A stretch of 64,000 nucleotides of DNA from assembly GCA_964545165.1 (NCBI GenBank), contig CAZJEQ010000005.1, positions 7,072-71,071 of the forward strand. Reading direction: 5' to 3'. The position numbers were made by a program, and so were the translations under genes. Shown here in pieces: positions 40,723-49,471 of this stretch; within the stretch, counting starts at the first letter, position 1; the number at the start of each line of letters is the position of its first letter. The notes under the pieces were generated by a model, which did no database searches, was not told where the DNA came from, and saw only the letters and a program-made list of their open reading frames with translations. This stretch comes from an uncultured Candidatus Saccharibacteria bacterium (GTDB taxonomy: Bacteria; Patescibacteriota; Minisyncoccia; Phycocordibacterales; UBA2100).

Positions 40723-43089
40723 CTAGACGATCTCGCAGGTGCCGCCAGCGCAGGCGAGCTCTTTCTTGAGCTCAGTCTCGTCGGTGCGTTCGTAGATCAC
40801 CAGCTTCGAGTAGTCCATGGTCGGGAAATTCTCGGCAAGACGATCGTAGGTCTTCTTGTCGATGGTCTCGTATGGTGCCAAGCGATAGACGTGATTCTCG
40901 CGCGGGAGAAATGACAGACCGCCGACGATGTCCCAGTTTTCATACAACCAGGAGACCACCGCCACCCACTCTTCTTCGCCGACAGAGATCGTCGCGGATG
41001 GATTATGCTCCGTCCAATTGAGCTTCACCATTTTCCAGTATTCAAGCTGCTGGATCGCGCTCTGATCGTTCTTGTAGATCGATCCCTGCGGTGCTTTGAC
41101 CGGGAACTCCAAGACATAGGTATTCGCCTCGCCCATCGCTTGACCGACTTCCGGGTGGAGCGGAATGCCCTGATCCTTTACCATCTTGAAGAGCGAGTCG
41201 GTTGCGGAGATGCGAACGCGGCGGATGTAGTACTGCGCGTGGCGCGGGTGCAATCCCGATGAGCAGTCGAAAGTCTGGGAGACGGTGCCGGAAGGCTTCA
41301 CACAGGTGATCGAATTCGACATCGGTACACCGAAGCGCTTCGCGTATGTCTGGTTGGTCTTGATGGCAGCGTCGCGCATCTTGCGCATCACCTTGCCATC
41401 GCGCACCGTAGCGCAATCCCACTGACCCGTGATCGAGACACCAAGGAGGCGCTCCTGCTCGCAATTCTCCGTCCAATCCTTGGAAATGTAATTGAATTTG
41501 GTGAGCGTCGACTGGTAGGTGCCGAGGATGGTCGCGAGCTTGGTCTTCCTCAAGAGGCTCGCCTCGGTGTCATCAGCACGTGCGATGACTTCTGAGAGAT
41601 TGCAGAACTGCTTGGACTGCAAGATGATTTCACCGCACGGGTTGGTTCCTACCTGACCGATGTAGCCCTTGAGCTTCTTTCCGTGCTTTTTCTCGAGGAA
41701 TTTGAAGCGACGCTCGGGCATGGTCTTCTCAAGCGCACCGCGGTTGAAAATACCGCGCTCGCCCGAGCCTGATTTCATCAGTGCCACCCATTCATCCATG
41801 AGCTCGGCATTGGTCGGCTTGGTCTCGTAGACGGCGGAGTTGTTCGCCATCGCACGATGACCGTCGGTGAGGAAGAACTGCCCTTTCTTGGCATCGCGGA
41901 GCTCGAGGTCGTCGAGATCCGAGAGCGAGATCATGGCTGAGCGGCGTACGCCACCGGCGACGACGCATTCACCGATTTTGCAGATGATATCGTGTGCATC
42001 GATGTTGCGCAGGCGTCGGCCCTGGCGTCTCAAAATACGCTCGCGAGCAAACACGAGGAGCGAGCGAAGCGGCTCGGGACCCGAGGCTTTGCCGCCCATC
42101 GTTGCGAGGCGCGATCCTGCCGGACGGATGATCGAGTAGTCGAAATCAATATCCTTACCGGCGTACCAAGTCTTGAGCCCAAGCGTGAGCGCATCGCACC
42201 AGCCCTCCTTGGAATCCGCGATAACGTGCGTCGGCAACTTCTCGCCCATTTGCTTCTGAATCTGTGGGAGCTGTTCGATGTTTTGGCTCTCCACGGCGAA
42301 GCCGACGCCCGTCCCCTGCATCGAGAGGTACATGATCTCAGCGAAGTCTTCGAGCTTCACCGGTGCAGTAAATGAGCAGTTGTAGAAGCAGGTGTTGCAC
42401 TTACGAGCCGGTGCACCGGCAAATTGCATCGCGCGCATCGATGGCATGACCTCCTGCTTGAGGATTCCCTCACGCACTTCGGTGTACTCCTTCTTCGTGA
42501 GCTTGTCGCCGAGATTCTCTTTCATAAATTCGACATAGCGGTCGACTGTCTCTACCCAGGTCTCACGGCGCTGTTCGCTCTCGATCCATCGCGCGTAGGT
42601 GCGGAGGTAGATAAATTCACCGAGTGGATTGTTCTTGAAATATTTCTTGGACTCCTCGGCAAGCTTTTTGACGTGCTCGGGCACCTCGCCCTGCTCGACA
42701 CGGATCTTGGAGCGCTCTTCGCGGTACAAGATGAAGCTCTTGGCGGTGGTCACGTAGTCGGAGAGCATGAGCTGGCGCTCAATCTCGTCCTGGCATCCTT
42801 CAACGGTGGGGAGAAAATTCTTGTAGGTCTTGGCAATGCGCATCATCTCGCCGGCAACCTTGTGTCCGACGACGGTGGCCTCGTCGCGCGATCCTTCATT
42901 GGAAGCATTCATCGCTTTTTCGATGACATGCACGATTTTGTCGAATTCAAACGGGACAATACGGCCGTCACGCTTCTGAATATTCGACAAATACTTCTTA
43001 TAGATACGGTTTGAAGATGCTGATGAGCTTTCTGCCGGGGCTGCTAAAGAGCCCGCCTTTTTGGTGCGAGAACCGGTTGATTGTGCCAT
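40723..43089 (-). CDS. nrdJ: class II (adenosylcobalamin-dependent) ribonucleotide reductase with N-terminal ATP-cone
   Basis: ORF begins TTG at 43095; ATG at 43087-89 (MAQSTGS...). ATP-cone N-terminus; TNPCGEI active-site motif. Confidence 0.9.
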   Translation of the reverse strand: MAQSTGSRTKKAGSLAAPAESSSASSNRIYKKYLSNIQKRDGRIVPFEFDKIVHVIEKAMNASNEGSRDEATVVGHKVAGEMMRIAKTYKNFLPTVEGCQDEIERQLMLSDYVTTAKSFILYREERSKIRVEQGEVPEHVKKLAEESKKYFKNNPLGEFIYLRTYARWIESEQRRETWVETVDRYVEFMKENLGDKLTKKEYTEVREGILKQEVMPSMRAMQFAGAPARKCNTCFYNCSFTAPVKLEDFAEIMYLSMQGTGVGFAVESQNIEQLPQIQKQMGEKLPTHVIADSKEGWCDALTLGLKTWYAGKDIDFDYSIIRPAGSRLATMGGKASGPEPLRSLLVFARERILRRQGRRLRNIDAHDIICKIGECVVAGGVRRSAMISLSDLDDLELRDAKKGQFFLTDGHRAMANNSAVYETKPTNAELMDEWVALMKSGSGERGIFNRGALEKTMPERRFKFLEKKHGKKLKGYIGQVGTNPCGEIILQSKQFCNLSEVIARADDTEASLLRKTKLATILGTYQSTLTKFNYISKDWTENCEQERLLGVSITGQWDCATVRDGKVMRKMRDAAIKTNQTYAKRFGVPMSNSITCVKPSGTVSQTFDCSSGLHPRHAQYYIRRVRISATDSLFKMVKDQGIPLHPEVGQAMGEANTYVLEFPVKAPQGSIYKNDQSAIQQLEYWKMVKLNWTEHNPSATISVGEEEWVAVVSWLYENWDIVGGLSFLPRENHVYRLAPYETIDKKTYDRLAENFPTMDYSKLVIYERTDETELKKELACAGGTCEIV

Positions 43090-43160
43090 GCGCAAGAACT
43101 CTAATTTCTAATGGGAGATTCATTGTACTCCTCCTCGTTCTCGGCGAGGCGAGATGAAAA

Positions 43161-43294
43161 GTGGATAAGTCTTCGTTCGGCGGTACCTCTTTTGCCGTCG
43201 CTGTCTGCGGCTGCTGCCGCAGCGCTCAGTCTCGGCCCCGTCGGGCCTGCGAAGACGGCAAAAGAGGTACCGACCTCACTCCGTTGTGGATAAG
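43161..43294. promoter_or_regulatory. symmetrical structured element upstream of nrdJ: 9-bp direct repeats GTGGATAAG flanking a 19-bp perfect inverted repeat that encloses two nested hairpins
   Basis: GTGGATAAG 43161-69 and 43286-94. Inverted-repeat arms CGGTACCTCTTTTGCCGTC 43181-99 and GACGGCAAAAGAGGTACCG 43255-73. Inner palindromes CTGCGGC-tgct-GCCGCAG and GGCCC-cgtc-GGGCC. Confidence 0.45.
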
Positions 43295-43350
43295 AGGGAT
43301 TCCGACGGCAGATAGCGACGGTAAAACACACATACCGCCGAGCGACGCCT

Positions 43351-43878
43351 CTATAAACTTACCTTCTCACCCGTGGAGAGCGCATGAGCACGTACCCAAT
43401 CAGCAGGAAGCTCCAGTACGTAGCGCGCAGCGCGTGGCGGCACATATGCAAGCGGGTAGCTCTCGGGCGTGGCGCTCTCAACGACGTACACGACAGTGCC
43501 ATCGCTCGCGATCCAGACAATATCTATGGGAAACAACATGTCTTTCATCCAAAAGCCGTACTGCCCTTCTTCATCAAAGACAAAGAGCATGCCTTCATTT
43601 TTGCCGAGACCCGTGCGGCCACTGAGGCCCTGCTCGCGCTCTGCGGGAGTATCGACGATATCTACCCGGATACGCTCGCCTTTGATCAAGACCGTGTGCC
43701 CTGCGGGCGCCTGCTGTTCTGCAGAAGTGGCTGCGGGAGGCGCGACGACGATCGGTCGCGAGATGGGAGAGACTGGCGCATGCGTCGGCGTAACGGCGCT
43801 TATCGCCGCAGCGTAGATGCCACCACCTGCCAACGCAACGATGCCGGCAGCACCAAGGTAGATGAAAATGCGTCGCAT
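43351..43878 (-). CDS. DUF192-like secreted/membrane-anchored protein
   Basis: ORF 43351..43959 trimmed to ATG 43878 (MRRIFIYLGAAGIVALAGG...). Confidence 0.55.
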   Translation of the reverse strand: MRRIFIYLGAAGIVALAGGGIYAAAISAVTPTHAPVSPISRPIVVAPPAATSAEQQAPAGHTVLIKGERIRVDIVDTPAEREQGLSGRTGLGKNEGMLFVFDEEGQYGFWMKDMLFPIDIVWIASDGTVVYVVESATPESYPLAYVPPRAARYVLELPADWVRAHALSTGEKVSL

Positions 43879-43927
43879 TTCGGACTGGCCGAAAAAGTCG
43901 TCGAGCATCAGAGAAGTATACCCTTGA

Positions 43928-44022
43928 GATTCCCAGCAGGGAATCAGGCTACACCCCACGTCGCACTCCTGCAGGAGTGCGACCGGGTGTAACTCTTCAA
44001 ATTCTCTGCTGAGAATTTGAAG
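43928..44022. repeat. composite palindromic repeat cluster (A-like hairpin, inverted B-unit, inverted A-unit), left flank of 3-gene islet
   Basis: GATTCCC-agca-GGGAATC (43928-45). ACACCCCACG-[TCGCACTCCTGCAGGAGTGCGA]-CCGGGTGTAAC (43951-93) is an inverted B unit. TTCAAATTCTC-tgct-GAGAATTTGAA (43997-44022) is an inverted A unit abutting the DUF1761 stop. Confidence 0.65.
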
Positions 44023-44023
44023 G

Positions 44024-44428
44024 TTAAATAAAGAGCAAGATCGCAGCTATCATGAGCGCAACAAACCAGTAGCCCCCGTTGATCGCATAGAGCGTGGCTG
44101 ATCGCCCCTCCCACAACACCTGGCTGAGCAGCACCGGTGCGAAAAAGCCCGCCCACACAAACGCGCCGAAGAAGAGCGCATGCACAACACCGTGTATGTG
44201 CATCAGATCGCCGACATGCCGCATGGCGGCTGCGAGTACCAGCGCTGCGACAAGACTCACCAGTGCAAAGAAAAAGCTCTGTCGCACACCGCGCTCCGCC
44301 ATCTCGGGCGTGATATTGGTGAGGCGCATCCACACGCGGCCAAATACCTTGGCGTGATACCACAGATGGCCGAAGAGAAAAATCGCGAGACCCGCCGCGA
44401 GGGTGGGCATGAACGCGAAGAGAGACAT
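44024..44428 (-). CDS. DUF1761-like small membrane protein
   Basis: ORF 44024..44851 trimmed to ATG 44428 (MSLFAFMPTLAAGLAIFLFGHLWYHAKVFG...); the upstream ORF-track portion overlaps the ATP-grasp gene. Confidence 0.5.
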   Translation of the reverse strand: MSLFAFMPTLAAGLAIFLFGHLWYHAKVFGRVWMRLTNITPEMAERGVRQSFFFALVSLVAALVLAAAMRHVGDLMHIHGVVHALFFGAFVWAGFFAPVLLSQVLWEGRSATLYAINGGYWFVALMIAAILLFI

Positions 44429-44447
44429 GCCAATAATGATAGCACTG

Positions 44448-45644
44448 CTACGCTTCCCGCTTCCACAAATCCCACACGGCCCCAGCGACGTTTGAAGGCT
44501 CACCTTCGAGCGGGGCGTGATGCAGATCGATGTACGGCAGCGAATTCGCTTCGAGTATGCCCCAGCGCTGACCATCGGGATCCTGCTCGGGATGCGGAAT
44601 GATGACATCGAAGCCGACGACGGGAGTCTGGAGGAGTGTGGCAGCGCGCTCAATGTGGGCACGCAGTTTTGGATGGATCGCCTCGGGTATCTCGCGCGTC
44701 CTGCCGCCTTCGAAGCGTCCCGTGCGACGTGAGAGCTCGACGATCGTACCCAACGGGACCACCGAGCTACTCGTATAGCCAGATCGGGCGAGGTAGGCAC
44801 GGTGCTCGTCGTCGAGTACGATTTCAGCCACGCGCGCGGGGCGCGAAGCATTCTTCTGCGCGATGAGCGCTTCTATAGAATGTACGCCATCGCCCTCGAG
44901 ACCCACCTGGAACATCTGCAAGAACCCTGCAAGTCGGCCGTCTACGACGGTCGCGCGCGAGACCGCGCCTTCGAGATGCTCTTCGATGAGCACATCTCGA
45001 CAGAGCTGCTTGGCGAGGTCAAACGCCGGCGTCAGGTGCTCAAGCGAGCGAATATTGGTGGTGGTGTGCCGCGCACGCGAGCCAATACGCGGCTTCACGA
45101 CCAACGGCGCAGCGAGCGTCGCGAATGCGCGCGCTGCATCCTGACGCGTGCGTGCCAGCTCGGCGCGCGAGACCGGAATGCCATGCGACGCAAGGAATTG
45201 TTTGAGGCGGTACTTATCATCAATCCCCGCGTACATATCCGCTGCAAGCGATGCAGGAATGGGGAGGCTCTGAAAATATTCCCATCTCCCATTGATGCGC
45301 GCTCGATAAAATTCGCTCGGGTACGAGAGCATCACGAGCTGTTCCATCTCGATACCGCGTCGCTCAGCCTCCTCCCAAATGACCTGCGAGCGATACGAGC
45401 AGGCCTTTTCCGGGTCATGCGAGGAACGTGCGATGCGCAGGAAATGGGCAGCACCCGCGACACGATTGAGCATCTGATCGACGAGCGCATTCGTCTGTCG
45501 CATCCCTGGCATGTTGCCAAACGAGTGGTCGGCCATAAATGCCTCGAGCGATTGCACCAAGTGTGTGGAGAAATGTGGCACCGGCGTATCGCCACAGGCG
45601 GCGCACGCGCCACGCTTCCCCTTGCTCGGTGCCGTAATTTCCAT
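44448..45644 (-). CDS. ATP-grasp ligase (paralogue of 7934..8938)
   Basis: ORF to 45653; second ATG 45644 preferred because TATAAT lies 7 nt upstream. C-terminal ...WGILEANSLPYIDLHHAPLEGEPSNVAGAVWDLW parallels the ...VLEINAAPGLDHY... region of the other copy. Confidence 0.6.
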   Translation of the reverse strand: MEITAPSKGKRGACAACGDTPVPHFSTHLVQSLEAFMADHSFGNMPGMRQTNALVDQMLNRVAGAAHFLRIARSSHDPEKACSYRSQVIWEEAERRGIEMEQLVMLSYPSEFYRARINGRWEYFQSLPIPASLAADMYAGIDDKYRLKQFLASHGIPVSRAELARTRQDAARAFATLAAPLVVKPRIGSRARHTTTNIRSLEHLTPAFDLAKQLCRDVLIEEHLEGAVSRATVVDGRLAGFLQMFQVGLEGDGVHSIEALIAQKNASRPARVAEIVLDDEHRAYLARSGYTSSSVVPLGTIVELSRRTGRFEGGRTREIPEAIHPKLRAHIERAATLLQTPVVGFDVIIPHPEQDPDGQRWGILEANSLPYIDLHHAPLEGEPSNVAGAVWDLWKREA

Positions 45645-45780
45645 AGGACGCATTATAGAAGAAAGCTCCTCTTTCGAGGAGCCTCCTTTTAGTGACCGCC
45701 GCCCATCATATTGGTTGGGTAGTTAGCAACTATGTATTCAGTATCGCATAGGCCAAGCCCCGCGCGATCACGCATGGGGA

Positions 45781-47154
45781 TTACGCATCGGAGCGCGGAG
45801 GGACGTCGAACATAGACGCAGAGACGTCTTCGCCCACGAGATGGCGGGCAATTTTCCTTCCCCCATAGACCGACGGCAAGATACCGACGCCATTGCAGCC
45901 CAGATTGTAGAGCAAGACGGGATTCTGCGGTTCGGGGCCAATGAGACGCATGCGATTCTTGGTGTAGCCCATAAGCCCATGCCAGGTGAACGCGTAATCG
46001 ATCTTGTGATTGGGCTGCAAGCTATAGACGTGGTGGACGAAGGTGTCGATCTTCTCTGCCATTTCATCGGGATATTCATTCTCGAATGAGTACGGTGTGA
46101 TCTCATCAATATCGACATCGGGGCCACCGATTGAGATCAGATTATGCTCGGTTCCTTTTTCGTATTCATACGGACGGCGCGTCAGATACACGTACGGACT
46201 CTCCCCGCCCGGCGTCGGATCGTTGTAGTAGCTGATCGCAATGGGCAACTTATTCATCTTCTCCAAATATCCCGACATATAGCCCACTTTGCCGGTGATG
46301 AGATGGTGATACTTGGCGTCAATATCGAGCCCACTCTCATTGATAATGTGGATGCTCTCGAAGCCGTTGGTGCACAAGACGACGCGACCTGCCGTGATGA
46401 CATGCGTGTCCGCGTCGAGCAGCGCATGATCTGATTTGAGCACGAGCTTATTGACTGGTGTGTGCTCGTAGAGTGCGAAACGATTCGGATTTTTCTTGAG
46501 AAGAAATGTGACGACTTCTTGGCAAAAAAGCGCACTATTCACACAGCCCTTCTGCGACGAGACGACGGCGATATATTCTTCAGCGCTGGTCTCGAGCATG
46601 CCGAGTAGATCCGCACGCGGGATCACATCATAGAGACCGGCGTACTCTTCGGGGATTTCTTTGGCGATCTGCGACTGGTCGGATATATGGAGCATGGCGA
46701 AGCGGACCCCTGCCTGCCGTTTCGCCTGATTGTTCTCGAGATTCCAGAGAACCTGCTCGAGACTCGTGAGTCCGCCGTGTCCTATAAAACGAGAGAACGG
46801 GATGTCGAGCTCTGCATCGGAATACATCTCATCAAGCAGCTCCCACGCATCATCAACCGCCTTTTGGCCAGCTGCTGCTTTCTCTGCTCCGAATTCCTCC
46901 ACCATGCTCGCGAATCCTCGCTCAAAGTAGCTCACTACCTGCCCCGCGTTGTGCCCGGTCGCGCCATGCGCGAGCCGATGCCGCTCCACGAGCGCCACAC
47001 TCTTATCGGTGTATTTGAGCGTGAAATACGCTGTCGCTACCCCGGCAATACCCGCGCCGATAATCGCCACATCCACTGCGGTGTCTGTCGTGAGGCGCTT
47101 GATTTCGCGCTCCTGATCGAGCTGATGGAGCCAGGGAGAATGATTCTTCCGCAT
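45781..47154 (-). CDS. FAD-dependent oxidoreductase (DAO family; glycine/D-amino-acid-oxidase-like)
   Basis: 457 aa, ...VDVAIIGAGIAGVATAY... dinucleotide-binding motif. Confidence 0.75.
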   Translation of the reverse strand: MRKNHSPWLHQLDQEREIKRLTTDTAVDVAIIGAGIAGVATAYFTLKYTDKSVALVERHRLAHGATGHNAGQVVSYFERGFASMVEEFGAEKAAAGQKAVDDAWELLDEMYSDAELDIPFSRFIGHGGLTSLEQVLWNLENNQAKRQAGVRFAMLHISDQSQIAKEIPEEYAGLYDVIPRADLLGMLETSAEEYIAVVSSQKGCVNSALFCQEVVTFLLKKNPNRFALYEHTPVNKLVLKSDHALLDADTHVITAGRVVLCTNGFESIHIINESGLDIDAKYHHLITGKVGYMSGYLEKMNKLPIAISYYNDPTPGGESPYVYLTRRPYEYEKGTEHNLISIGGPDVDIDEITPYSFENEYPDEMAEKIDTFVHHVYSLQPNHKIDYAFTWHGLMGYTKNRMRLIGPEPQNPVLLYNLGCNGVGILPSVYGGRKIARHLVGEDVSASMFDVPPRSDA

Positions 47155-47161
47155 CGCACAA

Positions 47162-47370
47162 GTATAACCTTCAAATTCTCAGCAGAGAATTTGAAGAGTT
47201 ACACCCGGACATATCTCTGCAGAGATATGACGTGGGGCGTCACCTGAAGATTCTCAGCAGAGAATCTCAAGAGTTATGCCCGGACACATCTCTGGAGGGA
47301 TGTGACGTGGGGTATAACCGAAGAGTTACACCCGGACATATCTCTGCGGAGATATGACGTTGGGCATACC
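47162..47370. repeat. composite palindromic repeat cluster (units A1-B1-A2-B2-B3), right flank of islet
   Basis: A is TTCAAATTCTC-agca-GAGAATTTGAA. B is GTTACACCCGG-[22-nt palindrome centred on CTGCAG, CTGGAG or CTGCGG]-CGTGGGG.... Three B copies have cores ACATATCTCTGCAGAGATATGA, ACACATCTCTGGAGGGATGTGA and ACATATCTCTGCGGAGATATGA. Confidence 0.7.
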
Positions 47371-47413
47371 GCAGTATAGAGCCACGTGAGAAAACGTGAT
47401 TTCACGTCGGCAC

Positions 47414-49471
47414 CTATCGCTGTTTCGGCCCAACACGAACAATTTGCGACTTTTCGGAGTAATTCCCAGCAGAATCATAGACCCGCAGCACCAATTTCTG
47501 ATCGCCCGATTCAAGAAACGGGACGAAGAGCTCGGAACCTATGGGAAGAAATAATCGATTACCGAGGTCAACATAGTAATTTTGCTGAATGCCGCTTCCC
47601 GCATCTTGCGCTTCAAATGCGAAGCGCACCACATCACCTTCCGCGATATGTTCCGAGCTCAAGTGTATTGAAACGATCGCGGGCGGGCTCTGATCTGCCT
47701 GCAAACGATAGTGCGCGACAGGTCCTCCTCCTGCGAGCTGGAGATGAAAGTAGAAAATACCGTCTCCCGGGATAGGCACCGTGACCGCCGGATCCTGCGT
47801 CGTGTGCTCCTTGGAAGGGATGGTCTGCGGCAAGGTGTCGAAGGCGTATGCATACACTGCTCCAGGCTTACCCCGCCACACGAACCGTGCTTTCGATGCA
47901 TTGTACCAACGGCTCTGATTCGGATGGGTCGGAGAGAAAAGTATAAACGACCGGTTGCTTTCAGTGGTCGTAGCCGTAGCCATAAGTAAGGTGGGATCAA
48001 AATTGTCTACTCGATAACTTCCTGCTTGCGCCATACGCAACACATTCGTGCCCAAACCGTCGCTGGCGAGCACGTGTGTATTTTCGTTGTCAAAAGAAAG
48101 CGTAAATGTACCGGTGCGTCGTGGCAAAACGACAACGTCGGCGATCTTATGTGATCCTCGCTCTCCTCCCGATTTGAAGAAAGCGCAGGTCAACTTCGCC
48201 TGGCCGAGAGACGCATCGATCCTACTCTCGATCACATACGAGCAGGTGGAACTCGCCACTTCGAGCGCCTTGACTTCGATCGCTTCCGGGTCAAACGCGA
48301 GCTGCACCTCAACAACATTAATCGGCTCATCCCCCGTATCAACAACGATCGCGAAGCGCTGCTCGAAGCCCATCTCGTAGATCCCGAATTCTGGCTGCAA
48401 TCGGAGGGTGGAATTATAGAGGGGGTAAGGAATTCGATTGAGTTTGAGGTACCCGACATTCTGCAGGTGCAGCGCAAAGAGCGCGAGCACCAGAACGAGG
48501 GAAGATGCAAGCGTGAGTAGCAGGTAGTAGCGCCATGCGCGCTCCTCGCCTCGCATACGCACATGGAATCGAAGGGCGAAGAAAATAAACGTGCATACGG
48601 TCAAGAGTGCTGTCGCGAGATGCAGAATATCCGAAAAATCCGTACGCGGAATAAACACGAGCGCTCCGCCAGGGCTCTGTTCAAGGCCAGGAAAAACAAT
48701 ATTGGTAACAAGGTAGAAGCGACCGTCACTGAACGAGATGGTTTTTCCGGAATTGCCCTCCTGGACCCAATCGGAATGCGAGTGGAAATAAGAATTCACC
48801 AGCGTGCGCGTCTCAGGATCGGAAAAGCTGTCGCCATAGACACCGAATTCACGTGTGTAAAACACGACTTCAACGCCGCGCGGCAGAAAGCTATCTCGGA
48901 AACGAGTAGCGTACGCATCGTCCATCAGGTGATTCGCGAACACCATCCCGATCATCTGATCCTCGTGCATGACACGCCTGCCGGTCGTCATGATGAGCTG
49001 CGTCGGATCAAACCCGGAGATTTCAATACTCTCAACAGTGCCGTGGATATCACCGGCACGGCCGTGCGGCGTTGTGATAAAAGCGTTATTGCCGAGATTA
49101 CCGACGCTCATCGTACGGCTCAAAAGCGTGCCCTCCTTATTGGTGATACCCATAAGCCCGATCTTCCGCACTGCTATTTCGGCCTTGCTGATCTCGATCA
49201 GTTTTTCCGAATCTTGTGCAATGAGATATTTCTGCAGCAGATCGTTTTGGGCAACGGCATCACCTTGCTCCTTGAGGTACGCCATGTCTTCGGCAATTCC
49301 TGCATGAAAAGCATCGGATGATTTGGTCTCGATAGAAGAAACGTACAGTGCCCCACCGATATGGAACGTTACGAAGAGAAACAGGAAAACCCCAAGCGTA
49401 ATGTAGAGCGCCTTCAGGAGGGATTTCCCTCGACGAATGAGATCCGGATCATACCAGGAATGTCGGCTCAT
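47414..49471 (-). CDS. hypothetical membrane protein with large extracytoplasmic domains (685 aa)
   Basis: N-terminal TM, roughly 250-aa domain, TM pair near residues 300-345, C-terminal roughly 340-aa domain; no confident family. Confidence 0.5.
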   Translation of the reverse strand: MSRHSWYDPDLIRRGKSLLKALYITLGVFLFLFVTFHIGGALYVSSIETKSSDAFHAGIAEDMAYLKEQGDAVAQNDLLQKYLIAQDSEKLIEISKAEIAVRKIGLMGITNKEGTLLSRTMSVGNLGNNAFITTPHGRAGDIHGTVESIEISGFDPTQLIMTTGRRVMHEDQMIGMVFANHLMDDAYATRFRDSFLPRGVEVVFYTREFGVYGDSFSDPETRTLVNSYFHSHSDWVQEGNSGKTISFSDGRFYLVTNIVFPGLEQSPGGALVFIPRTDFSDILHLATALLTVCTFIFFALRFHVRMRGEERAWRYYLLLTLASSLVLVLALFALHLQNVGYLKLNRIPYPLYNSTLRLQPEFGIYEMGFEQRFAIVVDTGDEPINVVEVQLAFDPEAIEVKALEVASSTCSYVIESRIDASLGQAKLTCAFFKSGGERGSHKIADVVVLPRRTGTFTLSFDNENTHVLASDGLGTNVLRMAQAGSYRVDNFDPTLLMATATTTESNRSFILFSPTHPNQSRWYNASKARFVWRGKPGAVYAYAFDTLPQTIPSKEHTTQDPAVTVPIPGDGIFYFHLQLAGGGPVAHYRLQADQSPPAIVSIHLSSEHIAEGDVVRFAFEAQDAGSGIQQNYYVDLGNRLFLPIGSELFVPFLESGDQKLVLRVYDSAGNYSEKSQIVRVGPKQR

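Noticed and set aside
43101-43331. ORF-track ORFs 43101..43331(-), 43111..43293(+) and 43161..43625(+) upstream of nrdJ
   Set aside because: They traverse the palindromic structured element on both strands and have low-complexity, Ala-rich translations; they are treated as non-coding.
45654-45780. Hairpin GCTCCTC-tttcg-GAGGAGC as a terminator between the FAD-oxidoreductase and ATP-grasp genes
   Set aside because: On the coding (minus) strand the same sequence provides a GAGGAG / TATAAT context just upstream of the ATP-grasp start. There is no U-tract in the transcribed orientation, so it is more likely promoter or leader than terminator.
47162-47370. CRISPR array interpretation of the tandem palindromic units
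   Set aside because: The units are not identical repeats separated by unique spacers. Variation lies inside the palindromic cores, with compensatory changes. No cas genes or leader are present.
43925-47385. Integron attC-site interpretation of B units (ends resemble GTTRRRY / RYYYAAC, variable palindromic centre)
   Set aside because: There is no integrase or attI in the window. The elements do not follow each gene as cassettes would, and both flanks carry clustered units instead. The resemblance is noted only as an analogy.
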